Shown: positions 38,195 to 47,217 of the stretch, piece after piece | Numbering within the stretch: position 1 is the first letter of the stretch | Layout of the letters: each line of letters starts with the position of its first letter | Origin: an uncultured Gemmatimonadales bacterium | GTDB lineage: Bacteria; Gemmatimonadota; Gemmatimonadetes; Longimicrobiales; RSA9 | Reading direction: 5' to 3' | Length of the DNA: 64,000 nucleotides | Assembly: GCA_963741945.1 (NCBI GenBank) | Contig: CAVUKA010000004.1 | Location: 160,001 to 224,000, forward strand | Made by a program: the position numbers and the translations under genes | Notes under the pieces: model-generated | The model's database searches: none | What the model saw: only the letters and a program-made list of their open reading frames with translations | Told to the model about the DNA's origin: nothing

Positions 38195-41100
38195 TCAGCG
38201 GTCGAGGATTGTGGAGAGCTGCGCCTGCACCTCCCCGAGTTCGTCTTCGAGGGCCTGGCAACGCTCCGCTGCGTCCCGACCCGGGTCCTGCGGCGCGCCC
38301 GTGATCATGCCGTAGAGGTAGGCGATCTGCTCCAGCAGCATGGGCTGGGGGTACGCGATGCCTTCTTCCTCGGTCAGGCGGGCCCGGATCTCCCGCAGCC
38401 GCCCCACGTCCGGGGCGCTGTTCGCGGGCGCCTCTTCCATCGTCGACGGCGCGTCCGAGTCCTCGAGAGCCGAGTCCACGGCGGCGAGCGCCTGACGGGC
38501 CCGGCTGAGCAGGTCCCGCACGCGCAGCCCGAGGGCTTCCTGGCGCCGGAGCGCTTCGGCGGTCACGCCCGCAGCCGCCGTTCTTGGATCCATCCGGACT
38601 TCGAGCGGCCGGGTGTCCGACCAGTCGCCGGCACGGACCCGTACCGCATAGCTGCCGGGGGAAACCGCGGGCCCGGAATCGCCGCCGCGGCCGCGGCCCC
38701 CCGCATCCGGATTCTGCCACGGTCCGGGATGCTCGAGCGGGACCACGAAGCGCGTGTGGCCGGCCCGCGCGGAGACGATCGGTGAGCGGACTGGTGGCCG
38801 CGGCCCCTCCATCTCCCGGCCACGTTCCATCCCGGACCGAGCGTCACGATCGCTCGTCCACGCGTTTATGGTGGTGCCGGCGCTGTCCACCAGCTCCAGC
38901 GACACGCCACCCGCGGGCTCGGCTGGCAGGACCCAGTCGACCACGGCGCCGGGGCGGCCGTACTCCGGCATGGCCGCGTCGCCTGGGCGCGATGCCCGCC
39001 AGCTCGAGAGCACGGCATCGACTGGCTGGTACAGGAATCCCCTGTGGCCGGGTCCATCGCCGGTCAGCTGACGAAGCGGCGTCAGGTCGCGCAGCACCCA
39101 GAAGCCGCGCCCCATCGTGCTGACGATGAGGTCTTCGTCCTTGAAGGCGATGTCCGTGACCGGGACCACGGGAAGGTCGAGCTGAAGCGGTTGCCAGTGC
39201 CCGCCGTCGTCGAACGAGACGTAGAAGCCGAAGTCGCTTCCCGCGTACAGCAACCCACTCCGCACCGGGTCCTCCCTCACCACCCGGACGGGATAGTCCG
39301 CCGGAATCCCGTTGGCGCCGGTCGTGAGCAGGGTCCAGCTCCGGCCGTAGTCCCTGGTGCGATAGACCAGCGGCCGCCAGTCGTCCTGCATGAAGCGCAT
39401 GACCGAGAAGATGGCCGTGCCCGGCTCCCGGCTCGAAGCGTCGATCGACTGGACCCGGCCGCCCGGCGCCAGCCTGTCGGGCGTGACGTCCGTCCACGTC
39501 GCGCCGTCATCGCGCGTGACGTGGAACGCGCCGTCATAGGAGCCGGTCCAGATCACCCCCGGCTGCGCCGGGCTCTCCTCGATGGCATATAGTGTGGAAT
39601 AGACCTCTTCGCCCGTGACATCGCGCGTGATCGGCTCACCGGAGACGCCCTGCGTGCCCGCGGGGACGGCGGTAAGGTCCGGGCTGATGCGCTCCCAGTT
39701 GATGCCACCATCACGTGTCCGGTGAACATACTGCGACCCGTGATAGACCGTGTTCGGATCATGCGGGCTCACTTCCACCGGCGTGACCCGCTGGAATCGA
39801 TAGGGCAGGTCGCGCGGCGCCGTGCCGTACATGTTCACGCCTCCCACGGCGTGCTCCCTCGCCTCCCCCGTCCGCCAGTCCCAGACCATGAACCGGCCCT
39901 TGCACGCGGCATAGACCGCGTCCGGATCGTCAGGCTTGGGCTCGGCGGGGCCGGTTTCACACGTGCCACCGCCGAAGCTGACTTCCGCCAGCCCCGAGGC
40001 CGTGGGGCGTGTCGGGACACCGACGATCTCGCGGTCCTGCTGCCCGCCCCAGACCCAGTACGGGAACCGGTCTTCCACGGCCACCTGGTACATCTCGGCC
40101 GTGGGCTGGTTCATCTGCGACGACCACGTCCGTCCACCATCCCGACTCACGTTCGCGCCGCCGTCGTTCCCCTGGACGATCACACGGGGATCATCCGGGT
40201 CGAGCCAGATGTCGTGGTTGTCCCCGTGGGGAGTGCTCATCCGCGTCCAGCTCCGGCCACCATCACGCGAGCGGTACAGCCCCTCGTCGTTGACCCACAC
40301 CACGTTCGGGTCGGTGGGATCCACATCCACGTTCGTGTAGTAGAACGGCCGCGCCAGCAGACGATTGTCCGATGACACGTGCGTCCACCTCTCGCCGCCA
40401 TCCTCGCTCCGGTAGAGACCGTCGTCCGGTTCCGGCGCCTCGATAAGCGCGTAGACCACGCGGGGGTCCGAGCGGGCCACGGCGAGATCGATCTTCCCGA
40501 ACAGCCCACCACTGTCCGTGGGCAGGCCGCCGGCGAGCTTCGTCCAGCTCTCGCCCCCATCCGATGTCCTGAATACGCCGCCCTCCCTGCCCCCGCTGAT
40601 GATCGTCCACGGCTTCCGCTCCGCACGCCAGCTCGCGGCATAGACCACATCCGGATTCGACGGGTCGATCTCGACGTCCACGATCCCGGTGCTGTCGCTG
40701 ACGAACAGCACCTTCTTCCAGCTCTCGCCGCCGTTCCGAGTGCGATAGAGTCCGCGCCCGGGGTTCGGGCCGAACGGGTGTCCGATCACGGCGACATAGG
40801 CCACGTCGGGATCTCCGGGATCTATCTCCACGGCGCCCGTGTTCCCCGCGTCCCGCAGCCCCAGGAAGCGCCACGTCTGTCCCGCGTCCGTCGAGCGATA
40901 CACGCCGAGCCCCGTGATCACGTTGCTCCTGAGCCCATCACTCCCGGTCGCCACCCAGATCACATCGGGATTCGACGGCGCCACACGGAGCGCTCCGATG
41001 GAGGGCGTCTCGAGCCAGCCGTCGCTGAGGTTCTCCCAGTTCTGTCCGTAATCCCTCGTCCGCCACACACCGCTTCCAGACCCGCCGAAGTAGTATGTGC

Positions 41101-41398
41101 CGGGATGCCCCTCCACCCCCGTCACGGCCGTGACCCGCCCCCCACGGGCAGGACCGACCCAGTCCCAGCCGAGGCCGGCAAAGAGCGACGGGTCGCGAGT
41201 CAGGTTCTCCGCTGCGGGCGCCCGCCGCTCCGCCAGCGGCGTGGACGGCCGCATGGCCGCCCCAGCCGTCGGTGGGGGCGCGGCCCGGGCGGCAGTGGGA
41301 CGCACGGGTGACGAAGCACATGCGCCGAGTGCCGCGAACGTGAGGCCGGCCGCGAGGCCCATCAGGGAGCGGGACGTGGGGACCAGTATGCTCTTCAT
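38195..41398 (-). CDS. VPS10/BNR-repeat glycosyl hydrolase-like lipoprotein (paralog of 2115-5288)
   Basis: LGAC lipobox; VGPARGGR; repeated SxDGGxxW; PHGDNHDIW. Confidence 0.85.
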   Translation of the reverse strand: MKSILVPTSRSLMGLAAGLTFAALGACASSPVRPTAARAAPPPTAGAAMRPSTPLAERRAPAAENLTRDPSLFAGLGWDWVGPARGGRVTAVTGVEGHPGTYYFGGSGSGVWRTRDYGQNWENLSDGWLETPSIGALRVAPSNPDVIWVATGSDGLRSNVITGLGVYRSTDAGQTWRFLGLRDAGNTGAVEIDPGDPDVAYVAVIGHPFGPNPGRGLYRTRNGGESWKKVLFVSDSTGIVDVEIDPSNPDVVYAASWRAERKPWTIISGGREGGVFRTSDGGESWTKLAGGLPTDSGGLFGKIDLAVARSDPRVVYALIEAPEPDDGLYRSEDGGERWTHVSSDNRLLARPFYYTNVDVDPTDPNVVWVNDEGLYRSRDGGRSWTRMSTPHGDNHDIWLDPDDPRVIVQGNDGGANVSRDGGRTWSSQMNQPTAEMYQVAVEDRFPYWVWGGQQDREIVGVPTRPTASGLAEVSFGGGTCETGPAEPKPDDPDAVYAACKGRFMVWDWRTGEAREHAVGGVNMYGTAPRDLPYRFQRVTPVEVSPHDPNTVYHGSQYVHRTRDGGINWERISPDLTAVPAGTQGVSGEPITRDVTGEEVYSTLYAIEESPAQPGVIWTGSYDGAFHVTRDDGATWTDVTPDRLAPGGRVQSIDASSREPGTAIFSVMRFMQDDWRPLVYRTRDYGRSWTLLTTGANGIPADYPVRVVREDPVRSGLLYAGSDFGFYVSFDDGGHWQPLQLDLPVVPVTDIAFKDEDLIVSTMGRGFWVLRDLTPLRQLTGDGPGHRGFLYQPVDAVLSSWRASRPGDAAMPEYGRPGAVVDWVLPAEPAGGVSLELVDSAGTTINAWTSDRDARSGMERGREMEGPRPPVRSPIVSARAGHTRFVVPLEHPGPWQNPDAGGRGRGGDSGPAVSPGSYAVRVRAGDWSDTRPLEVRMDPRTAAAGVTAEALRRQEALGLRVRDLLSRARQALAAVDSALEDSDAPSTMEEAPANSAPDVGRLREIRARLTEEEGIAYPQPMLLEQIAYLYGMITGAPQDPGRDAAERCQALEDELGEVQAQLSTILDR

Positions 41399-41529
41399 GA
41401 TCCATTGGTTTGGGTCTGTGCCCGGGAAGGGTCGGGTAAGATGGGCCACCGGGTGCACACCGGCCAGTGGATGGGGCGGTGCCGCCCGCCGGTGTTCCCC
41501 GCTCCCTGCCCTGTCGCTACCTTCTCGCC

Positions 41530-41925
41530 ATGGTCTACTCAGACAGGATCTACGGTGAGCGCGTCCGGCGCTTCAGCCTCCGCATTGAGACGGTTCTCTA
41601 CGACGCCTATCGTCGGATGGACGCGGACCGCGAGCAGCGAGGCATGGACCCGCCCCGCCCGGGTGAGGTCCAATTGTTCTCCTGGCCGCAGGAATGGCCG
41701 GACTGGTCCTGCGGATTCGGCGGGGAAGCGCGTCGAGAGCCGTGCGTCGATCAGACCCATGTCGTGACCGATGATGGGGCCCGCACGGCATACGTGTATC
41801 ACGCCGCCCGGTTCGTACGGCGGCTCGACCACCCCGGCCGCGCGTTCTGGGTGGCCGTGCGCAAGCACGACCTGCCCGGCGCCCTCGACGAGGCGGCGTG
41901 GGATCGCCTGGACACAAAGGCGTAG
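41530..41925 (+). CDS. Hypothetical protein
   Basis: 131 aa ORF (FSWPQEWPDWSCGFGG) with coding-like codon usage. Confidence 0.55.
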   Translation: MVYSDRIYGERVRRFSLRIETVLYDAYRRMDADREQRGMDPPRPGEVQLFSWPQEWPDWSCGFGGEARREPCVDQTHVVTDDGARTAYVYHAARFVRRLDHPGRAFWVAVRKHDLPGALDEAAWDRLDTKA

Positions 41926-41938
41926 CATCCGGCAGTGA

Positions 41939-42694
41939 TCATTCCGGCGCCACTCCCGCCTTCCCCAGCCGCGGCAGCAGGAACCCCGTTCGGCCCCGCC
42001 ACGCCTCGTAGCCCGGGTAGCGGCTGAGGCTCGCCTCGATCGCGAGCATGTTCGGCAGGAAGTACAGCACCCACACAGCCGCCAGGATCACCCACGGCAG
42101 CCAGTGGTCCACGATCAGGGCATAGCTCCCGTAGATCAGCATCTCCCCGAGGTAGTTCGGATGCCGGATCCGGCGGTAGAAGCCGTCCGTGATGAGCCCC
42201 GGATCATTCGCATCCCGCCGCCTCCGCACGCGGAGCGCCGCGTACTTCTGTGCGTCCGCACCCACCATCATCAGGACGCCCACCGTGTGCACGGCCACCG
42301 CCAGCGCGAGCCCCCATGGCGGCGCAGGGGTCCAGCCACGGGCGGGGGGGCCCGCGATCAGGATCACGGGGGCCACCCAGTAGAGCGACAGGAAGGCCAG
42401 TGCGGCCATGGCGGAAGGCACCGTAACCGCCCGTCGCCACCGGCGATCGGGCACCACCACGTCCTTCACCACCCAGACGATGCCATACGATCCATGGAGA
42501 GCCAGGTAGACCCAGGCGGGGATCGTGAAGTTCCCGTACATCACCATCAGCGCGAGCACGAACGGACCGGTGGCGGCCTTGTGCAGGTCGACGCCCACAT
42601 TGAGGGGGATGCGGCCTCCGGGAGACGGCCGCACCACGGACTCCGTGACCCTGTGCAGCACCGCCGCCCAGCGCGGCATGGCCAGCCGGCTCAT
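41939..42694 (-). CDS. DUF1295/steroid 5-alpha reductase-like membrane protein
   Basis: YLALHGSYG, ADAQKY and GLITDGFYRRIRHPNYLGE motifs. Confidence 0.8.
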   Translation of the reverse strand: MSRLAMPRWAAVLHRVTESVVRPSPGGRIPLNVGVDLHKAATGPFVLALMVMYGNFTIPAWVYLALHGSYGIVWVVKDVVVPDRRWRRAVTVPSAMAALAFLSLYWVAPVILIAGPPARGWTPAPPWGLALAVAVHTVGVLMMVGADAQKYAALRVRRRRDANDPGLITDGFYRRIRHPNYLGEMLIYGSYALIVDHWLPWVILAAVWVLYFLPNMLAIEASLSRYPGYEAWRGRTGFLLPRLGKAGVAPE

Positions 42695-42935
42695 GCGGTC
42701 CGCTCCTGGAGTCCGCTCCGCACCAGCCCCGGGCCGGCTTCGTTCGGGTGCCACATTCTCTCTCTCCTGCCTCCACAGACGCGGTGCCCAACGTAGAGGG
42801 CCGCACGCGGCCGGACCAGTGCCGCGGCGGCTGCGCGCCGCCCCTCCGCTGCCCTGTCTGCCGGGCACGGCCGGAACTTCGCGTGCATCACGGGGCTGGC
42901 ACGATCATCCACTCCGAAGCGGAGGGGACGAGCGC

Positions 42936-43221
42936 GTGAGATGAATCGCGGACGCAATGCCCAGGCGACTCGGCCGATGGCTCAGGGCGCTGGGGTACGA
43001 CGTCATCTACGACGAGAGCCGTTCCGATGAGGATCTGGCCCGCCTCGCGCGGGATGAACGGACGCTCCTTCTCACCCGGGACCGTCGCCGATCAGGCCTG
43101 CCCCCGGTGTGGGCGCGTATACTGGGAAGGTAGCCATACGCGACGGATGCGACGGTGGCTCGAGGCAGTAGCGGAACACGGGGGAGCGGAACCAGCGCGG
43201 CCCCGCTCCCCGTTCTCCTAG
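42936..43221 (+). pseudogene. Mut7-C RNase (PIN-fold) domain pseudogene
   Basis: GTG-AGA-TGA then IADAMPRRLGRWLRALGYDV...LLLTRDR; C-terminal CPRCGRVYWEGSH in a different frame; middle of the domain missing. Confidence 0.75.
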
Positions 43222-43245
43222 CCTCGCCGTCGAGCAGTCAGGGGC

Positions 43246-43659
43246 TCAGAGACCCTTGTCCTCACCGGCGCCCGCTCGGTCCTCCGGCTCTTCACCTGCG
43301 GCGGCGGCGTCCGAGCCGGCCGACCTGGGCAGCGCCGCGGTGATTTCGCTCCGGTTCTGGCGCGCCGCACGCTCTTCCAGCTCCTTGCGCAGCTCGGTTA
43401 TCTTCGCCTGGATCCGCTCGAGCGCGGCGTCCAGCCTCGGCTGTGCGTCCGCCAGGAGCCGCGCCATCTTCGGCTTCACGTCGTCAACCGCACCTTCCAC
43501 TTTCGGCCGGATCTCGGCCATTGCGGCATCCACGCGGGCATCCAGCTGATCGAACGCCCGCTTGATCCTCGGGCGCGCTTCCTCGATCGCGGCTTCGATC
43601 CTCGACTCCAGGTCCGCGAGCGCATCCTTCTTCGTCCGGTTCTTGCCCTGTTCTTCCAC
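43246..43659 (-). CDS. Apolipoprotein-like 11-mer repeat helical protein
   Basis: GGAGG SD before GTG at 43659; tandem 11-residue amphipathic repeats with periodic Pro. Confidence 0.65.
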   Translation of the reverse strand: MEEQGKNRTKKDALADLESRIEAAIEEARPRIKRAFDQLDARVDAAMAEIRPKVEGAVDDVKPKMARLLADAQPRLDAALERIQAKITELRKELEERAARQNRSEITAALPRSAGSDAAAAGEEPEDRAGAGEDKGL

Positions 43660-43805
43660 CTCAGCCTCCCTCTCGTGCTCCACGTCCGCGTTCCACCCCT
43701 CACTCCCTACGGCCCGATCCACCACTGGTTTCGTCTGCGCTGCCACGGCTCTTGCATGGAAGAGCGGCTGGCTGTGCGGAAAAGCGAGACCTGAACCGCG
43801 GGATC

Positions 43806-44303
43806 ATGGACCTGCTCTCACTTTGCGAGACCATCAAGGCGAATGCCGGCGAGATCGGCGCCAACGTCATCAGCGACTGGGGCCACATCAGTGGAGCCGA
43901 GCCATGGCTCGTTCTTCCGGACCGGCTGGACCTCGATCATATCCCCCAGCTGGTCCGGCAGCTCGCCGCCGCCTCGCTCTGCACCGACTTCGACCGCGCG
44001 CTCTGTCAGGACGTGATTCGCACGGCCGCCGATCATGGCGACCGCCGCCGCGGTGAAGGGTACGAGGAAACGCTGCTTCACCGCGAGTATCACCTCCTCC
44101 GGCGGGCGCTTGCCGACCGGCTCCGTCGGATGCACGGTGAAGATACCACGGTCTTCCTGGCCATGATGCGGATCGATGCCCTGACAACGCTCGCCATCGC
44201 CGCCGCCCTCCACGGGTTCCACCGGAAGGAGCTGGAAGAGCGCGGACGCTGGCCCGCGGTGATCGAGCGCCTCCTCGACGACTGGCCGCTCCCCTCCACC
44301 TGA
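43806..44303 (+). CDS. Stand-alone RsbRD-N-like helical sensor domain protein
   Basis: AADHGDRRRGEGY...LHREYHLLR pattern like domains found N-terminal to histidine kinases. Confidence 0.55.
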   Translation: MDLLSLCETIKANAGEIGANVISDWGHISGAEPWLVLPDRLDLDHIPQLVRQLAAASLCTDFDRALCQDVIRTAADHGDRRRGEGYEETLLHREYHLLRRALADRLRRMHGEDTTVFLAMMRIDALTTLAIAAALHGFHRKELEERGRWPAVIERLLDDWPLPST

Positions 44304-44324
44304 AGCCGCCCCCCGGCTGCGCCA

Positions 44325-44879
44325 TCAGCGGAGTGCCAGCAGTGCCGCCCGGTAGACTTCGAGATCGTTCTCCGAGAACAGCACGAAGCGGATCTCGTCG
44401 AACTGCCCGGGATCGGCCTCAAGTACACTTCGAATCGCGCGGAGCGCCACGTCCGCCGCGTCATTCACCGGGTAGCCGTATATGCCCGTGCTCACGGACG
44501 GAAACGCCACGGTCCGGGAGCCCGTCCGAGCCGCTTCCTCCAGAGACCTCCGATACGCGGAGGCGAGCAGGTCCGCCTCACCGTAGCTGCCACCCCGCCA
44601 TCGCGGGCCCACCGTATGAACCACGTACTGCGCCGGAAGCTGTCCGGCGGTGGTCGCCACGGCGCCCCCGGTGGGCAGCCCGTCGGGATACTGATCGTGT
44701 CGCACCCGTTTGCACGCCTCCAGAATCGTGGGGCCACCCCGAAGATGGATGGCCCCATCGACGCCGCCGCCGCCCATGAGCGACGAGTTCGCGGCGTTCA
44801 CGATGGCGTCCGCGTCCTGTTCGGTGATGTCGCCCTGGACCAGACGCAGTCGTGTCCCGCCGAACTCTCGCTCACTCAT
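44325..44879 (-). CDS. Macrodomain O-acetyl-ADP-ribose deacetylase (YmdB-like)
   Basis: GDITEQ, IVNAANSSLMGGGGVDGAIH, HTVGP and SVSTGIYGYP motifs. Confidence 0.92.
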   Translation of the reverse strand: MSEREFGGTRLRLVQGDITEQDADAIVNAANSSLMGGGGVDGAIHLRGGPTILEACKRVRHDQYPDGLPTGGAVATTAGQLPAQYVVHTVGPRWRGGSYGEADLLASAYRRSLEEAARTGSRTVAFPSVSTGIYGYPVNDAADVALRAIRSVLEADPGQFDEIRFVLFSENDLEVYRAALLALR

Positions 44880-45550
44880 CGCCGCCTCTGGATCCGCGTC
44901 ACCGTGCGCGCCCGCGGCGTGCAGCCGACCCGCCTGGCCACCCGCCGCCACAGGCCGCCGTGGCCGCGATGCCCGTGCTTCAGCCACGCCTCCGCGTGCG
45001 CCATCTCGTGCAGCAATGTGTCTTCGAGCGCCGCGCGGTTCCCCGGCAGCAGCAGGTCCTCTGCGAGCGCGATCTCCCGTACACGGCGGCTTCCGTCCAC
45101 ACCGTCGTACGCGATGGTTCCCAGGGTCCGCTTCATGCGACGACTGAGCCGGAGGGGTATGTCCGGAAGCGAACCGCCGAAGCGCGTCCGATTGAGTTGC
45201 GCGAACAGCGCCCGCACCGGCGTGTTCTCTTCCGCGTCCCGGCGCGGCTGACGCCTGGGGCGGGATCGCTGCGACCGTCGCAGCCCCTCTCGCGCGCCTT
45301 CCCAGTTCCGGATCACGTCCAGCGCCCGTCCGTATTCTGCCGAGCCCCGGGACGCCGAGACGAACGACGCGATGGCCTGGACCACTCCTGGCGGCGCTTC
45401 GCGGAAGCAGGCGTGGCTGTTCAGCGTCCGTCCGTCGCGGGAGATGGAGAGGAGCACGGTGCGGTTCTCCCGATAGCGCACCGCCTCGATCTTCGACCCG
45501 GCAGCGTTGAGGGCTCGGAGCACGGGCTCCCGGGGGTCATCGGACATCAT
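44876..45550 (-). CDS. SprT-like zinc metalloprotease
   Basis: LNRTRFGG, SRRMKRTLG, TLLHEMAH and GHGGLWR motifs. Confidence 0.85.
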   Translation of the reverse strand: MMSDDPREPVLRALNAAGSKIEAVRYRENRTVLLSISRDGRTLNSHACFREAPPGVVQAIASFVSASRGSAEYGRALDVIRNWEGAREGLRRSQRSRPRRQPRRDAEENTPVRALFAQLNRTRFGGSLPDIPLRLSRRMKRTLGTIAYDGVDGSRRVREIALAEDLLLPGNRAALEDTLLHEMAHAEAWLKHGHRGHGGLWRRVARRVGCTPRARTVTRIQRRR

Positions 45551-45674
45551 GGCCACAAGATAGCCGGAGCCGACCGACGGCGGCCACCTCCTGCTCACCC
45601 AGGTTGCCGGTGCTCCCCCGGCCGATTACGCTGAACCCTGCATCGCGCTCTGGCCACAACGTGGAAGGAAATCG

Positions 45675-46445
45675 ATGACGCCCTGGGTGCTCCGGCTCCT
45701 GATCGCGAATATTGCGGCGTTTCTGCTCGCCCCACCCGGGTCCCCGCAGTACCACGCCCTCATGTTCGTCCCCATGTTGGTGCTGCAACGGCCGTGGACA
45801 CCACTGACGTACATGTTCCTCCACGCCAACCTGATGCACATCCTCTTCAACATGCTCGGGCTGTATTTCTTCGGACCGCGCCTGGAGCAGCGCATCGGGT
45901 CTCGCGACTTCCTCATCCTCTACTTCGTTTCCGGGCTCTCCGGTGCGGCCCTCTCGTACGTCTTTGCCTTCAACGCCGCCATCATCGGGGCCTCGGCCGC
46001 CGTCTTCGGCGTCCTCTACGGCTACGCCCACTACTGGCCGGACGAACGCATCTACCTCTGGTTCGTCCTGCCCGTTCCCGCCCGCCTCCTGATCGTCGGG
46101 CTCGTCGCCATCTCGCTCTTCAGCGGCTTCACGGGGAGCGGTGGGGGAGTCGCGCACTTCGCCCACCTCGGCGGCTTCGCCGGTGGCTTCCTTTACCTGA
46201 AGCTGCGCGAGCGGCGGTCGGGTGCGTTTCGCCGGAAGGCCACGCCCGGGGCGGATTCATCGGCCATCGACCGGCTCTCGGGCAAGGCCGCTCGTGACGA
46301 GAAGCGGTGGGACAGCATCGATACCTCGAGCCTCCACGAGATCAACCGGCTCGAAGTCGACCGGATTCGGAAGAAGATCCAGGATAGCGGAACGGGCAGC
46401 CTTACTCCGGACGAGCGGGCGTTCATGAACCGCATGGCCGGCTGA
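45675..46445 (+). CDS. Rhomboid intramembrane serine protease
   Basis: TYMFLHA..HILFNM, GASAA and AHFAHLGG motifs; C-terminal RIRKKI...SLTPDE tail. Confidence 0.9.
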   Translation: MTPWVLRLLIANIAAFLLAPPGSPQYHALMFVPMLVLQRPWTPLTYMFLHANLMHILFNMLGLYFFGPRLEQRIGSRDFLILYFVSGLSGAALSYVFAFNAAIIGASAAVFGVLYGYAHYWPDERIYLWFVLPVPARLLIVGLVAISLFSGFTGSGGGVAHFAHLGGFAGGFLYLKLRERRSGAFRRKATPGADSSAIDRLSGKAARDEKRWDSIDTSSLHEINRLEVDRIRKKIQDSGTGSLTPDERAFMNRMAG

Positions 46446-46464
46446 CCGCTGACGGTAGCGGCCG

Positions 46465-47214
46465 TCAGCCCCCACCTTCGTGCGGCCGCTCCCGTTCGTC
46501 CATGATGCGACGCGCCCGTTTCAGCCGATCGGGGTCGCCCACCTCCAGCCAGAGCGAGCTCCCGATGTCGAAGTGCGCGATCCTGTGGCCGGCGCCCGCC
46601 AGCCGCAGGTACGGCTCGAGGATGGAAAACGCGCCGGTCTCCTCGATCAGGTCGAAAAGCCGTGAAGAGATGACGTGGATGCCGGCGAACGCCCACTCCT
46701 GACCCCGTCCGGTCAGCGGGCGCGCCACTTCCTCCCGCCCCGTGCCGCGGTCAACCCGCGCCTGCAGCCCGGCATCGTCGAAACGCAAACGGCGGTTGGA
46801 GGCTCGATCGCTCACCGCCAGGGTCGCCAGCGCGTTCAACGCCAGGTGTGCCCTGTACATGGCGGCCAGGGGGGCGTCGGTGACAACGTCGACGTTGTGG
46901 AGGAAGAACGGGGCGTCTCCCCGGAACAGATCGCGCGCCCGGAGCAGGCCGCCCCCCGTTTCGAGCGGGGCCGTGGCTTCCTCGGAAATCCGCGTGTCGA
47001 CGCCGAATCCGTCCCGCTCATCGATGAACTTCCGGACCTGGTCTGCGTGGTGGTGGATGTTGACGATGAGGCGGTCGGCGCCCGCGTCGATCAGGCGACG
47101 CGCGATCCGCTCCAGCATCGGCACGCCAGCCACGGTCACCAGCGCCTTCGGTGTTGTTTCCGTCAGTGGCCGCAGCCGCGTGCCCATACCGGCGGCCAGG
47201 ATCATGGCGTCCAC
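46465..47214 (-). CDS. Sugar-1-phosphate nucleotidyltransferase (MurU-like)
   Basis: AMILAAGMGTRLRPLT..PKAL, LETGGG and HNVD motifs; downstream of the AmgK-like kinase. Confidence 0.85.
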   Translation of the reverse strand: MDAMILAAGMGTRLRPLTETTPKALVTVAGVPMLERIARRLIDAGADRLIVNIHHHADQVRKFIDERDGFGVDTRISEEATAPLETGGGLLRARDLFRGDAPFFLHNVDVVTDAPLAAMYRAHLALNALATLAVSDRASNRRLRFDDAGLQARVDRGTGREEVARPLTGRGQEWAFAGIHVISSRLFDLIEETGAFSILEPYLRLAGAGHRIAHFDIGSSLWLEVGDPDRLKRARRIMDERERPHEGGG

Positions 47215-47217
47215 GGC

